The notes: generated from the sequence alone by a model not told the origin. Shown: positions 10,768 to 21,059, numbered from the stretch's first letter. The stretch: 64,000 bases of DNA from Vicinamibacterales bacterium (GCA_965197865.1 CBDANZ010000005.1:631237-695236), one strand, 5' to 3'. A program made the numbers and translations.

Positions 10768-11697
10768 ATGAAAATCGTGATAGCCGGTGGCACGGGCTTC
10801 CTCGGCCGATCGCTAGCTGACGCGCTCGCGCGAGAGCCCGCGACCCTTCAACACGACGTCATCATCCTCACGCGCCAGCGCGTGTCTTCGGGCCGTCCGT
10901 CGCAGCCGCGCCTGCTAACCTGGGCGCCCTGTGGCGCCGTAGGGCCGTGGGCGGCCGAGCTGGACGGCGCCAGCGCCGTCGTGAACCTGGCCGGCGAGTC
11001 GATCGGCGAACGCCGCTGGAGCGACGCGCAGAAACAGCGCATCCTCGACAGCCGGCGGCTCGCGACCCGGAGCCTCGTGAGCGCGATCCGACAGGCCACG
11101 CGACCGCCATTGGTGTTCGTCAGCGGCTCGGCGGTCGGCTACTACGGACCACGCGGCGACGAAATCGTCACCGAGGACGCACCGGCGGGCAGCGATTTTC
11201 TAGCGCACGTCTGTCTCCAGTGGGAGGAGGAAGCGGCTCGTGCCGAGGGGCCTCGCACGCGCGTCGTCCGTCTTCGCACCGGCCTCGTGCTCGCGCGCGA
11301 CGGTGGCGCGCTTCCGAAAATGCTGCCGCCGTTCTGGTTCGGGGCCGGCGGGCCCGTGGGGTCGGGACGCCAGTACTGGCCGTGGATTCATCGGCAGGAC
11401 TGGATCGATCTCGTTCGCTTTGTCATTCAGACATCAGCCGTCTCCGGCCCGCTGAACGCGACGGCGCCGAACCCGGCGACGAATGCCGAGTTTGCTCGCC
11501 TCCTGGGTCGAGCGCTGCGACGGCCCGCGCTACTGCCGACGCCCGGGTTCGCCATGAAAGTGCTCCTGGGCGAAATGGCCGGAGCGCTCCTCCTCTCGGG
11601 TCAGCGCGCGGTGCCGGCGAAAGTCGAAGCTGCCGGATTCAGGTTCACGTTTGGAGCCCTCGAGGATGCGCTCCGAGCCATGTTCCAGAAGCGATAG
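10768..11697 (+). CDS. TIGR01777/YfcH-family NAD-dependent epimerase-like oxidoreductase
   Basis: IAGGTGFLG, VVNLAGESI..RW, SAVGYYG, GSGRQYWPWIH, LNATAPNP. Confidence 0.92.
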   Translation: MKIVIAGGTGFLGRSLADALAREPATLQHDVIILTRQRVSSGRPSQPRLLTWAPCGAVGPWAAELDGASAVVNLAGESIGERRWSDAQKQRILDSRRLATRSLVSAIRQATRPPLVFVSGSAVGYYGPRGDEIVTEDAPAGSDFLAHVCLQWEEEAARAEGPRTRVVRLRTGLVLARDGGALPKMLPPFWFGAGGPVGSGRQYWPWIHRQDWIDLVRFVIQTSAVSGPLNATAPNPATNAEFARLLGRALRRPALLPTPGFAMKVLLGEMAGALLLSGQRAVPAKVEAAGFRFTFGALEDALRAMFQKR

Positions 11698-11776
11698 CCG
11701 CCTTCCGGAATAAAGGCCGAGGTCCCGGCGCGGCATCGTGTAAACTGATGCGCTTAACACACATGGAGGGTGTGGG

Positions 11777-12340
11777 ATGAGGCGCTTCTTATCGTCATGG
11801 TTCCTGGTGCTCGCTCTGGCCACGGCTGTCCCCGCAAGACCGGCTCTCGCCAAACAGGCGCAACCGCAGCTGCGCCCACCGGACGTGATTTTCGTGCCGA
11901 CGCCTCCCGAGGTCGTCAAAGCCATGCTCGAGGTGGCGGCTGTCGGCAAGAACGACATCGTGTACGACCTCGGTTCCGGCGACGGCCGGATTCCCATTGC
12001 GGCAGTCAAGGACTTCGGCGCGCTACGCGCCGTTGGAATCGATATCGATGCGCAGCGCATCCGGGAAGCGAACGACAACCTGAAGGCGGCCGGCGTCGGC
12101 GATCGCGTCCGGTTCCTGAATCAGGACCTGTTCGCGACCAACATCAGCGAGGCGACCGTCGTCACGCTCTATTTGCTGCCGAGTCTCAACCTGAAGCTGC
12201 TGCCCAAGCTGAAGGCCGAGCTTCGACCGGGGACGCGGATCGTCTCGCACTCTTTCGATATGGGAGCCGAGTGGAAGCCGGAGAAGACCCTCACCGTCGA
12301 TAACCGCACGGTGTACTTCTGGACGATACCGAAGCAATAG
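11777..12340 (+). CDS. Class I SAM-dependent methyltransferase with N-terminal signal peptide
   Basis: DVIFVPTP, VYDLGSGDGRI, GIDID, VVTLYLL, IVSHSF; hydrophobic N-terminus MRRFLSSWFLVLALATAVPARPALA. Confidence 0.88.
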   Translation: MRRFLSSWFLVLALATAVPARPALAKQAQPQLRPPDVIFVPTPPEVVKAMLEVAAVGKNDIVYDLGSGDGRIPIAAVKDFGALRAVGIDIDAQRIREANDNLKAAGVGDRVRFLNQDLFATNISEATVVTLYLLPSLNLKLLPKLKAELRPGTRIVSHSFDMGAEWKPEKTLTVDNRTVYFWTIPKQ

Positions 12341-12375
12341 CTGGAAGGAGCTTCGATTCGAAAGGCCCGACGCTT

Positions 12376-12670
12376 GTGACATGGGCGTTGAGCCAGGCGG
12401 ACTCCGGGGTGTCAGGAGCCTTGGCGCTCCAGGCGCTCGGGGCGCCTGAAGGTACGTGCAACTTCTGCCACGGCAACAAGATGGGCACGTTCTGGGGAAC
12501 GGTCGCTGGAACATCATTGACGATCACGATGTTGTTTCCAGCGGAGTCGAGGGCGACCGGACACCGGCGTGCACCGCAACACTCACCGGCACAGCGACCG
12601 GGATCGCTCCCGACCGACTCGAGGCCACATTGTCTGCCGAGGATTCGTGCGAGGGCTGGTCCTGAATGGG
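12376..12670 (+). pseudogene. Frameshifted fragment of a beta-rich secreted hypothetical protein
   Basis: ...FWGTVAGTSLTITMLFPA continues in another frame as GVEGDRTPACTATLTGTATGIAPDRLEATLSAEDSCEG. Confidence 0.3.
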
Positions 12671-12774
12671 ACGGTGTCGCTGGCGTGCGATCAGAGATAA
12701 AACCACGTCTAAATCATACCGGTCGAACAAGCGGACCGTTACTCCACCTCGCGCCAGTATCTATAGTTTCGTAA

Positions 12775-15600
12775 TCACCTGAGACTGATCAGGTTCGCCA
12801 GAAGCTGGTAGGCGCCGTCGACGCCGCGCGGCAGCTCACGCCAGAGGTTAAGACCCACGTACACCCAGCGCCCCTTGCCGTAGGCGGCGACGACCAGCGC
12901 GCCGCGCTTCACGCCAGGATTGTTCGGAAACGGATCCTCGAGTTCGATGAGATCGCGGTATCTGGAGTCGCCGGAGGCGAGGAAATACAGGCCGCGCTCT
13001 TGCACCCAGTTCTTCCATGCCTCGTCGGTGATCTTGTTGGGGGTGTTGAACACGGGATCGGAAGGCGTGAGGATACCGACCGGCGCGATCTCATCGGTGA
13101 TGCGATTACGGGTGACCTTCGCTGGGTACGGTCCGTACTGCGCCTCGTTGAACTCGAACTTGTTGTACTGCACGATGAGCGTCCCTCCGTTCCGGACGTA
13201 CTCGAGCAAACGGCTGTTGTTCGCGCGCAGATCCGCGCGGCGCTCGTACGCGCGCACGCCGGTGACGATCGTGGGGAACCGCGACAGATCGCCCCAGGCG
13301 AGATCGTCGGCGCCGATCATCTCGACCTTCGCACCAAGCTGGGCGATGGCCGCCGGCACTTCGTCGCCCACGCCCATCACGTAGCCGACCGTGAGGTTCG
13401 GCGCCGTACGCACGTCGATGACTTTTACTCGCGCCTCGGCCTCGTGATAAATGTGTTGTCGCGTGATGTGGGGGTACTCGATTACCTGATACCCTCGCGC
13501 GAACGCCTGACCGCCCGTCACATCAGTTTTCGCCTGTGCGCTCACCAGATACTCGCCCGACACGAGCGCGGCCGCCGGCCCGACCTGGAAGCGGACCGTT
13601 CGCGATTCATCCTCACGCGAGAATTTGATCGGCTGCTGCGTGGGCGTCGATATCCACCCTTGCGGAAGGATGAGCTCCACCGCGCTTTCCGTGGGCCCTC
13701 TTGAGCCGTTGACGACCGTCACTCGAACTTCGCGTCGCGGGCTCGCGGTTCCTGGCGTGCGGCCGACCGGTTTCACCGATGCGCCCTGTGGCGCTGCCCG
13801 TCGTGCCGCGGTTCCCACCGCCGACGCGGGGGCGGGAACAATCAAGACGTCCGGAGAAATCTGCACCGACAGGGCCGGCACGACCAGGAGCTCCGATCGC
13901 TTCTCACCGCTGAAAATATTGCCCCCGTACCGGTACTGCACGGGCAGCCCAGAGATTACGTCTTCGTCAACGCCGGCTGCGAAGGCGAGCGTTACTTGGA
14001 CGTAGAAGGGGGTCGGCCGGTGCGGCAGGCCAAACGGCGCATCGGGGTCGAACGTGTAACGGCCGGCCTCGCCCTCCCGGTGCCAGTACGGTTCGGCTGG
14101 CCGCGCGTCTTTCGGCACCGTGAGCGTGGGCTCGCACCGCGCGGTCTGACCTTTGCCCAGCGTCGAGATCGGCGACGCCGTCGCCAGGGGCGCGCCTCTG
14201 CGCCCACGTCCGCCTCCGCCTCGTCCTCCTGCTCCACCGCCGACGACCTCCGTCAGCGTGCACGCGGCATCGCCGTCGAACCCGCTGAATTTCACCCGTT
14301 TGACCATGACGGCTGCCGCCCCACGATTGGCCACCACCAGCGACACTCGCACCGGCTGTCCGGCCACGACCACCCCATCGTCGGCAAGCGCTTCGACGCG
14401 CACGGCGTTGGCGATGAGGATCGCCTGCTGAAACTCGCGTTCCTTCTGTCGCAGCCGGAAATCGATCTCGAAACGACCGTTGTCGTCGATTGAAAGGGCG
14501 CGGAGCCGCGCACGGAGCGCCCGTACAGCACGCAAGCCGGCGAGCAGCGGCTGCACCGTCGCCTCGTTGCCGGTGAGGTCGAATCTCCGCTGCGCGTCCT
14601 GTACGGCCGACGCGATCGCCTTGAGTCCACTCGTCAGCTCCCTGGGTGGTCGCGCACCCGCGAACTGTGCCAGGCCGGCAATCGAGCTGTCGACGCCGTC
14701 GAACAGGGATCGTTCGATGCGCTGCGCCTGGCCGGCAATCGTCGACTCGACCAGCTGGAAGCTGCCGACGGATGGACCTGGCAGCGAGAGCACCTGCCCC
14801 AGTCCCTGGCATTTGTGCATGCTTCTCGCTTCGAAGCCGATTTCAGAGTAAGTCCTGCCCAGCAGCGAATCGTACACGCCCAGATTCACTGACAGCGATC
14901 TTGTCACCCGGTTGGGGACAGCTCCAGGGCCGCCCTGTGCGGAGTAGTAGAACTTCTTCGGCTGCCACACGTGCAGGCCGTCCTTCAACTGTTCCGGGTA
15001 TTTCGTCGGATCGCCGGCAAGCTGGTACGCCTCACGCGCGAGAACGGCCGATGCCTGGTGATGCTGACCGCCGCCTCCGCCGTCGGGCCGGAGCGCAAGA
15101 ATGACATCGGGACGGACCATCCGGATGAGCCGAACGAAATCGCCGACGATTTCCTCTCGGCCCCACTTCTCGAACGTCTCCTCGATGCTGAACGAAAAGC
15201 CGAAGTCCACGGCGCGCGTGAAATACTGCTCGGCGCCGTCGAAGCGGTGCAGCGCCGCCAGTTCTTCGGTCCGCAGGACGCCGAGAGCCTCGAAAATCTC
15301 CGGTCCAATTTCGTTTTGGCCTCCGTTGCCACGCGTCGCTGTCGCGAGCGCCGTGCGGTAGCCCTGGCCGCGATTCAGCATCACGAGCAGCCCGTTGTTC
15401 TCATCGTCGGGATGCGCTGTGGCGTGCATGAAGATGCCAGTATTGGCCAGGTGCCGCAGCGCGAGTCCCAGAGCGACTTGCCCTTGCTGCCCGTCGAGCG
15501 GCGTCACGCGCATCTGCGTGCGCGGCTCGAGCGTCGCGAGGCCGACGAGAACGCCGACGAGAACAACGACGACGACGATACGCAGGTGTTTAGGAGCCAT
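12775..15600 (-). CDS. Large exported PIG-L/LmbE-family deacetylase with NEW3-like Ig domain and C-terminal GATase-like domain
   Basis: AHPDDE metal motif, TRGNGGQNEIG, HHQAS; N-terminal hydrophobic helix; C-terminal YVMGVGDEVP...GVRAYE. Confidence 0.88.
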   Translation of the reverse strand: MAPKHLRIVVVVVLVGVLVGLATLEPRTQMRVTPLDGQQGQVALGLALRHLANTGIFMHATAHPDDENNGLLVMLNRGQGYRTALATATRGNGGQNEIGPEIFEALGVLRTEELAALHRFDGAEQYFTRAVDFGFSFSIEETFEKWGREEIVGDFVRLIRMVRPDVILALRPDGGGGGQHHQASAVLAREAYQLAGDPTKYPEQLKDGLHVWQPKKFYYSAQGGPGAVPNRVTRSLSVNLGVYDSLLGRTYSEIGFEARSMHKCQGLGQVLSLPGPSVGSFQLVESTIAGQAQRIERSLFDGVDSSIAGLAQFAGARPPRELTSGLKAIASAVQDAQRRFDLTGNEATVQPLLAGLRAVRALRARLRALSIDDNGRFEIDFRLRQKEREFQQAILIANAVRVEALADDGVVVAGQPVRVSLVVANRGAAAVMVKRVKFSGFDGDAACTLTEVVGGGAGGRGGGGRGRRGAPLATASPISTLGKGQTARCEPTLTVPKDARPAEPYWHREGEAGRYTFDPDAPFGLPHRPTPFYVQVTLAFAAGVDEDVISGLPVQYRYGGNIFSGEKRSELLVVPALSVQISPDVLIVPAPASAVGTAARRAAPQGASVKPVGRTPGTASPRREVRVTVVNGSRGPTESAVELILPQGWISTPTQQPIKFSREDESRTVRFQVGPAAALVSGEYLVSAQAKTDVTGGQAFARGYQVIEYPHITRQHIYHEAEARVKVIDVRTAPNLTVGYVMGVGDEVPAAIAQLGAKVEMIGADDLAWGDLSRFPTIVTGVRAYERRADLRANNSRLLEYVRNGGTLIVQYNKFEFNEAQYGPYPAKVTRNRITDEIAPVGILTPSDPVFNTPNKITDEAWKNWVQERGLYFLASGDSRYRDLIELEDPFPNNPGVKRGALVVAAYGKGRWVYVGLNLWRELPRGVDGAYQLLANLISLR

Positions 15601-15611
15601 TTCGCAGCCTG

Positions 15612-15726
15612 GTAGTGTCCGCCTGGAGACGGATTGTTGCGAGTATACCGCCGTCGTTCTACCTCCCCGCCACGCCCAGGTTGGACGCTATTTCAGAACC
15701 TCGGTAGTTTCCGCCCTTAGGCGGAC
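15612..15726 (+). repeat. Two GTAG-type REP palindromes (GTAGTGTCCGCC...GGCGGAC family)
   Basis: 15612-15633 GTAGTGTCCGCCTGGAGACGGA and 15704-15726 GTAGTTTCCGCCCTTAGGCGGAC in the bshA/PIG-L spacer. Confidence 0.6.
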
Positions 15727-15759
15727 TTTGGCCGGCTGAGCCGGCCACTACCAGCTCCT

Positions 15760-16899
15760 CTAGCATCGCCTCGCGAGGATTTCTTCGTAATACGACTCGT
15801 ACAGCGGCACGACCTTCGACTCGCAGTGCCGCTCGTGCGCGATCCGGCCGGCCGCCTCGGCCGCACGGCGGTGCAGCGCCTGGTCGGTGAGGAGCCGAAG
15901 TGCCGATCGAGCCATGCCGTGCAGATCCTCCGGCGCATGCAGGAAGCCTGTGGCGCCGTCCTCGATGACTTCCGTCAACCCGCCGACGCGGGACGCGACG
16001 ACCGGAACCTCGCACGCCATCGCTTCCAGCGCTGCAAGGCCAAAGCTCTCCTGGGTCGACGGCAGCAGGAATACGTCGGCGGCCGACAGCAGCGGCACGA
16101 CTTGATCTTGTTCGCCTAGAAACTCCACGTCGTCGGCGACGCCAAGCGTTCTGGCCAGACGCGACGCGTCGAAGAGCTCCGGGCCGTCGCCCACCATCAG
16201 CAGCCGAGCCGGGATCTGCTGGTGGACTTCGGCGAAGATCTCAACGACGGCTGTGATGCGCTTCACAGGGCGGAAGTTGGACACGTGGATCAGAATCTTC
16301 TGACCCTCCGGCGCCAGCGTCTCGCGCAGATGGTTGATGTTGCTGCGGCGATGGATCGTGCAGTCGATGAAATTTGGAATCACTCGGATGTCGCACGTGA
16401 CGCCGAGCTCGCGAAGCGTATCCGCCTTCAGGCTCTTGGAGACCGCTGTCACCCCGTCCGACTGCTGAATGCAAAAGGCGACGGTCTCGGAATACGAGCG
16501 GTCGCTTCCAAGCAGCGTAATGTCGGTGCCGTGCAACGTGGTGACCAAGCGAGGTACCGACGGACTGTGACCTGCCGCGAGAATCTGTCGCGCCAGGTAT
16601 CCGGCTGTCGCGTGCGGGATCGCGTAGTGCGCGTGCACGATATCGAGCCGCTCGTTACGCGCCACCTGGACGATCTTGTTGGCCAGCGACAGCAGGTACT
16701 GAGGCTCTCGGAACAGCGGGTACGACGGTGTTTCGACACGATGAAACCAAAGCCCCGGCTGGTAGTCGCCCAGCCGCGCCGGCGTGTCGCTGCTGATCAC
16801 GTAGACATGATGGCCGCGCGTAGCGAGCACCTTGCCGAGCTCGGTGGCGATAATGCCGCTTCCGCCGATCGACGCGTAGCAAACGATGCCGATGTTCAT
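15760..16899 (-). CDS. bshA: N-acetyl-alpha-D-glucosaminyl L-malate synthase
   Basis: [61 protein letters not shown]. Confidence 0.95.
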   Translation of the reverse strand: MNIGIVCYASIGGSGIIATELGKVLATRGHHVYVISSDTPARLGDYQPGLWFHRVETPSYPLFREPQYLLSLANKIVQVARNERLDIVHAHYAIPHATAGYLARQILAAGHSPSVPRLVTTLHGTDITLLGSDRSYSETVAFCIQQSDGVTAVSKSLKADTLRELGVTCDIRVIPNFIDCTIHRRSNINHLRETLAPEGQKILIHVSNFRPVKRITAVVEIFAEVHQQIPARLLMVGDGPELFDASRLARTLGVADDVEFLGEQDQVVPLLSAADVFLLPSTQESFGLAALEAMACEVPVVASRVGGLTEVIEDGATGFLHAPEDLHGMARSALRLLTDQALHRRAAEAAGRIAHERHCESKVVPLYESYYEEILARRC

Positions 16900-17597
16900 C
16901 GAGGATCCTTGATGAGGCTGGTGCGGACCAGGGGTTGGTGAACGACAATGCCTTCGGCCCACCGGACACCGACCTCGGCGCCGAACTGCGCGTCGCGGCT
17001 CTCAATGAGCTGCCTGAACAGCGGCGAGTTCAGACGGGTCGCGGCCGCTCGAGACTGCGAAAGTTGAAATTGGCTCGCGTGGCAATCGAGCGCGGCGCAC
17101 TTGCGATCGTAGCAGTCGGAGACGTCGACGACAAAGGACGGCGCCGCCACGTCGTTGATGAAGTAGTAGCAGATCCAGTCCGGCTTCCACGCTTCGCCCT
17201 TGGCGTCGTAGCGGCGAAGCCCGGCATTGAACGCCGCTTCCGTGAGGACTTCGCTCGCCGCCTCGTGATCCGGGTGGCGATCGGACCAATAGGGAATAGC
17301 AAGCGTCCGAGGCTGCTGAGCGCGGATGAACGCGACCGCCTGTGCCAGATGGGACGGCTCTTTGCCGATGCACCGATCGGGCCATCGAAGGTTCTCGCGC
17401 CACGCCGCGCCGAGAACCTGGCGTGCGGCCTCCGCTTCGGCGAGCCGCTGCTCCACGGTACCGTTGCTGCTCATCTCACCCGCGGTCAGATCGCATAGGC
17501 CCACGCGCAGCCCGAGCGCGGCATGCCGGGCCACCGTGCCACCGAGTCCGATCTCGATGTCGTCGGGATGCGGTCCGAACACCAGTAGGTCGATCAT
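16896..17597 (-). CDS. bshB1: Bacillithiol biosynthesis deacetylase
   Basis: GPHPDDIEIG, DLTAGEMSSNG, DRHPDH, HASQF; 4-bp overlap with bshA. Confidence 0.92.
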   Translation of the reverse strand: MIDLLVFGPHPDDIEIGLGGTVARHAALGLRVGLCDLTAGEMSSNGTVEQRLAEAEAARQVLGAAWRENLRWPDRCIGKEPSHLAQAVAFIRAQQPRTLAIPYWSDRHPDHEAASEVLTEAAFNAGLRRYDAKGEAWKPDWICYYFINDVAAPSFVVDVSDCYDRKCAALDCHASQFQLSQSRAAATRLNSPLFRQLIESRDAQFGAEVGVRWAEGIVVHQPLVRTSLIKDPR

Positions 17598-17624
17598 TCA
17601 GTCACCAGTCATCACTCGACTGTT

Positions 17625-18842
17625 TCATCGATTGAACCCGAACACTTCGTCGGCCCGATCCATCTCGCCGAGATGGTGCCGGAGCAGGAGGCGGCTGGCG
17701 AGATACGCGCCGGTGACGCTGTGGCTGGAGTCGCCGAACGCGAAAAGGTGATGGGGGTAGTTGCGGTGCGGACCGATGTAGGGAAGGCCGTCGGCCGTCT
17801 GAGCGTACGAGCATTCCCATCCGTACTCCGGCATGATTCCTGAAATGTCCGGATACAGTGTCGACAGCTCGTACATCAATTGCCCCGTGCGCTGAACGAT
17901 CGTCTTGTCGCGCTGGCGCGACCGCACGTTCTCCGCGTCCGCCCCAGAAATGAGCAGACGCTCATCGTCCACCCATCGCACGAGGTGGGGAAGCGGGGCC
18001 AAGTCGCGCACCACCAGGGCTCGGCGCCCGAGCCGACTGCGCACTTTGGCGGGCACCGGTTCGGTCAGCCCGAGATAAGCGCTCTTGAACCAGAAATGCC
18101 GTGCAAGCGACTTGAAGAGCGCAGTCGGTACTCCTGTGGCGATGATGACGCGGCGGGTCCTGATGGACCCACCTGCGGTCTGCACCTCTGCGGTTCTGCG
18201 GGTGAACTTCGAGCGCCTGGCGGGTGACTGTTCGAAGAGCCGGGCGCCCCGCGCGCTAGCCGCGGCGGCCAGGCCGATGGTCGCGCGATAGGGGTCGAGT
18301 GTCGCGCCGTCGCGGCTGCGAATGCCTGCTGTCGCGCTGAGCGCCGTATCGCTCGCGATGGCGCGCACGTTTGCCAACGAGGCATCGAGGCCGCTGTCGC
18401 AGCGTGCCTTCTGTTCGCGCCGAAGGCGCTCCGCCTGCTCCGGCGTCGTTGCAACGAGCAGCGTGCCTCGCGGCTCGAGATAGCACCTCAGGTTCAGCCG
18501 CCGGACGAGCGACGAGAAATCGAGCGCGGCCCGGTGCCACGTCTGCCACGCGTGGCGCGCCGCGCGGAGCCCGAGGGTCTTCTCGACGTCGATGAAGCTG
18601 GCGCCAGGATTATCGCTAGCCCAACCGGTTGAACGTCCGCTGCTGCCCCGCCCGATGTGCCCCTCTTCGACGAGTGCCACCTTGATGCCGGCGGCCGCGA
18701 ACGTGTACGCGGTCGCGCAGCCGACAAGGCCGCCGCCGACAATGACGACGTCGATGTCGAGGCGGCCACGGAGTTGTGGATACGAGGGAACGCGGGACTT
18801 CGGGAACCGGTCGATCCATGGGGAACGGCCGTACTTGGTCAT
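17625..18842 (-). CDS. FAD-dependent oxidoreductase (DAO/PuuB-like)
   Basis: DVVIVGGGLVG FAD motif, GRGSSGRSTG, TADGLPYIGP. Confidence 0.85.
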   Translation of the reverse strand: MTKYGRSPWIDRFPKSRVPSYPQLRGRLDIDVVIVGGGLVGCATAYTFAAAGIKVALVEEGHIGRGSSGRSTGWASDNPGASFIDVEKTLGLRAARHAWQTWHRAALDFSSLVRRLNLRCYLEPRGTLLVATTPEQAERLRREQKARCDSGLDASLANVRAIASDTALSATAGIRSRDGATLDPYRATIGLAAAASARGARLFEQSPARRSKFTRRTAEVQTAGGSIRTRRVIIATGVPTALFKSLARHFWFKSAYLGLTEPVPAKVRSRLGRRALVVRDLAPLPHLVRWVDDERLLISGADAENVRSRQRDKTIVQRTGQLMYELSTLYPDISGIMPEYGWECSYAQTADGLPYIGPHRNYPHHLFAFGDSSHSVTGAYLASRLLLRHHLGEMDRADEVFGFNR

Positions 18843-19455
18843 CGTGAGTTATTGTCGACGATCTCACCTTCAACGCGCTCACGGTTGAGCAGGGCGCGCT
18901 TACGGCCGATGCCCCACCGGTAATCGCCGACGCCGCCAGAGGCGGACACCACGCGATGGCATGGGGTAGCGAGGGCAAGAGGGTTAGCAGCACACGCCCG
19001 GGCGACGGCCCTCGCCGCGTCGGGCCGTCCGATCGTGGCCGCCACGTCGGAGTATGAGCGCGTATCCTCGTACGGGCCGGCCCCGAGCGCCTTCCAGACC
19101 TGCCACTGAAACGCGGTGGCCTCGACGTCGAGCGGCAGTGCGAGACGGGGCCACCTTCCGCCTAGGTGCGCGACGATTTCGTTGGTCCATCGCGCGAGCC
19201 GGCCGCGATCTGGCACGGTGTCCGCCGAGGGGTATTCGCGCGCGAGCGCGCCCTTCAGTTCCCCGTTCGACGCGCCCATCGCCACCGCACAGACGCCCCC
19301 TGTGTTGGCCGCGCCCAGCAGTCTGCCGAGCGGCGAATCCACAATCGTGTGCCCGATTTGCATCCCGTCCTCCGCGGCGATAGGTTGACAGCGTCATGCC
19401 CAGCTTCGGCACGGCGCCCTCGTAGAACCGGCTGCTCGATCCGTATCTGGCCCCG
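18839..19455 (-). pseudogene. ada: Truncated/frameshifted Ada (AraC HTH remnant plus O6-methylguanine methyltransferase domain)
   Basis: Ogt domain with PCHRV at 18839-19363; upstream frame reads YGSSSRFYEGAVPKLGMTLSTYRRGG and is out of frame at about 19365; no N-terminal Zn domain seen. Confidence 0.75.
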
Positions 19456-19669
19456 GTCTGATTGTTCCGGCGGAGCGATCGATGTCATGTGAAACACTGT
19501 GCCGCCGGCAGCACCCGCGCTGTTATCCGTTCCTTTCCTTGCGGTCAAATTCTAGGGCCTTCCAGACCGCAGATTGCAGGTTTCCGTTTCAGATCGACCA
19601 TTTCAATCTAAGATTCGCAATCAACGTGAAATGTGCGTTTCAGGAATCCGCATCTGACGAGCTCATTTA

Positions 19670-20590
19670 GTGCGCATTGTCATTCTCGGTAGCGGCGGCG
19701 TGGGCGGGTATTTCGGCGGCCGGCTTGCCGCTGCGGGCGCCGACGTCACGTTCATCGCCCTGGGCCGACACCTCGCGGCGCTTCGCGAGCACGGCCTGCG
19801 TATCGAGAGCCCTCGAGGAAACCTGCACCTGCGCAAGGTCAAGGCCACCGACGACCTTGCCGCGGTCGGTCCAGCTGACATCGTCTTTTTCGCGGTGAAG
19901 CTGTACGACACCCAGGCGGCCCTTCGCCTGCTGCCTTCCCTAATCGGCGGGCAGACGCTGGTCGTGCCGTTTCAGAACGGCGTGGACAGCGTCGGCGTGC
20001 TGGCCGACGCGATCGGACGCGAGCATGTCGCTGGAGGTACCGCATACGTGGCGGCGGTCATCACCGAACCCGGGCTTATTCGGCACACTGCGATGGATCG
20101 CCTGATTTTCGGGGCGCTCGACGGCGCGCCATCGCCGCTGCTTGAGGAGTTGCTGGGCGCGTGCCGGAACGCAGGCTTCGAGGCGACGCTGAGCGAGCAC
20201 ATCACGATCGACATTTGGGCGAAGTTCGCGCGCCTGACGGTCTTCAGCGGGATGACGGCGGTCACCCGGTGCGCGATCGGTTCCCTGCGCGACGATCCCG
20301 AGCTGTCGGCGATGATGAAGGCGGCGCTCCTCGAAGCGATCGCGGTCGCCCGCGGAAGAGGCGTGCCGCTGCCCGACAACACGTTCGACAACATCGAGGC
20401 GGCTGTGTCGGCTCTGCCGCCGAACGCGAGGTCCTCGATGCTCGAGGATCTCGAGCGCGGCCGGCCGCTCGAGCTGCCGTGGCTGAGCGGTACGGTGGTG
20501 CGAATCGGCGGCGAGGTCGGCGTCGCCACGCCAGCCCACCGCTTCATCGCAACGGTCCTCAAACCGCACGTCAACGGCTCTCCGCGATGA
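19670..20590 (+). CDS. panE: 2-dehydropantoate 2-reductase (ApbA/PanE family)
   Basis: GSGGVGGYFG, AVKLYD, PFQNGVD, IWAKF, SSMLEDLERGRPLE. Confidence 0.9.
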   Translation: MRIVILGSGGVGGYFGGRLAAAGADVTFIALGRHLAALREHGLRIESPRGNLHLRKVKATDDLAAVGPADIVFFAVKLYDTQAALRLLPSLIGGQTLVVPFQNGVDSVGVLADAIGREHVAGGTAYVAAVITEPGLIRHTAMDRLIFGALDGAPSPLLEELLGACRNAGFEATLSEHITIDIWAKFARLTVFSGMTAVTRCAIGSLRDDPELSAMMKAALLEAIAVARGRGVPLPDNTFDNIEAAVSALPPNARSSMLEDLERGRPLELPWLSGTVVRIGGEVGVATPAHRFIATVLKPHVNGSPR

Positions 20591-21032
20591 GGGCGTACTG
20601 GAGCTGATCGACGATGCGCCCGTCTTTGATGGCGCGGCAGCGGAGGCGCGTCTCGAGAACGTAGCCGGATTTTTCGAGTACGCGGCACGACGCCGTGTTG
20701 TAGGCGAAGGGCGCCGCGAACAGGCGGATCAGATGGCGCCGCTCGATAGCGTAGCGTGTCAGCACGCCGAGTGCTTCGGTGGTGATCCCGCGCCCCCAGA
20801 ACACTTCGCCGAGCCAGAAGCCCATTTCGGCCGACACGTGCTCGACGACCCCCTGCAGCATGGATCCGACGCCGCCGACCGGCAGGTCGTCGACGGCAAT
20901 GGCAAGAAACGTTTCCGGCCGCATCCTAGATGGCGCGCCGCTGATGTCGAGTCCCTCGTTCGGCACGCTGCGCGCCTGCAGCGCGGCGCGCAAGTCGTCG
21001 GCAATGACGCACCAGGTTGGAACGGGCCGCAC
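20571..21032 (-). pseudogene. RimJ/RimL-family GNAT acetyltransferase, N-terminus damaged
   Basis: AEMGFWLGEVFWGRGITTEAL, NTASCRVLEKSGY; N-terminal region short and scrambled. Confidence 0.7.
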
Positions 21033-21059
21033 TCGACAAGCAACGCGCGGCGATTCTTC

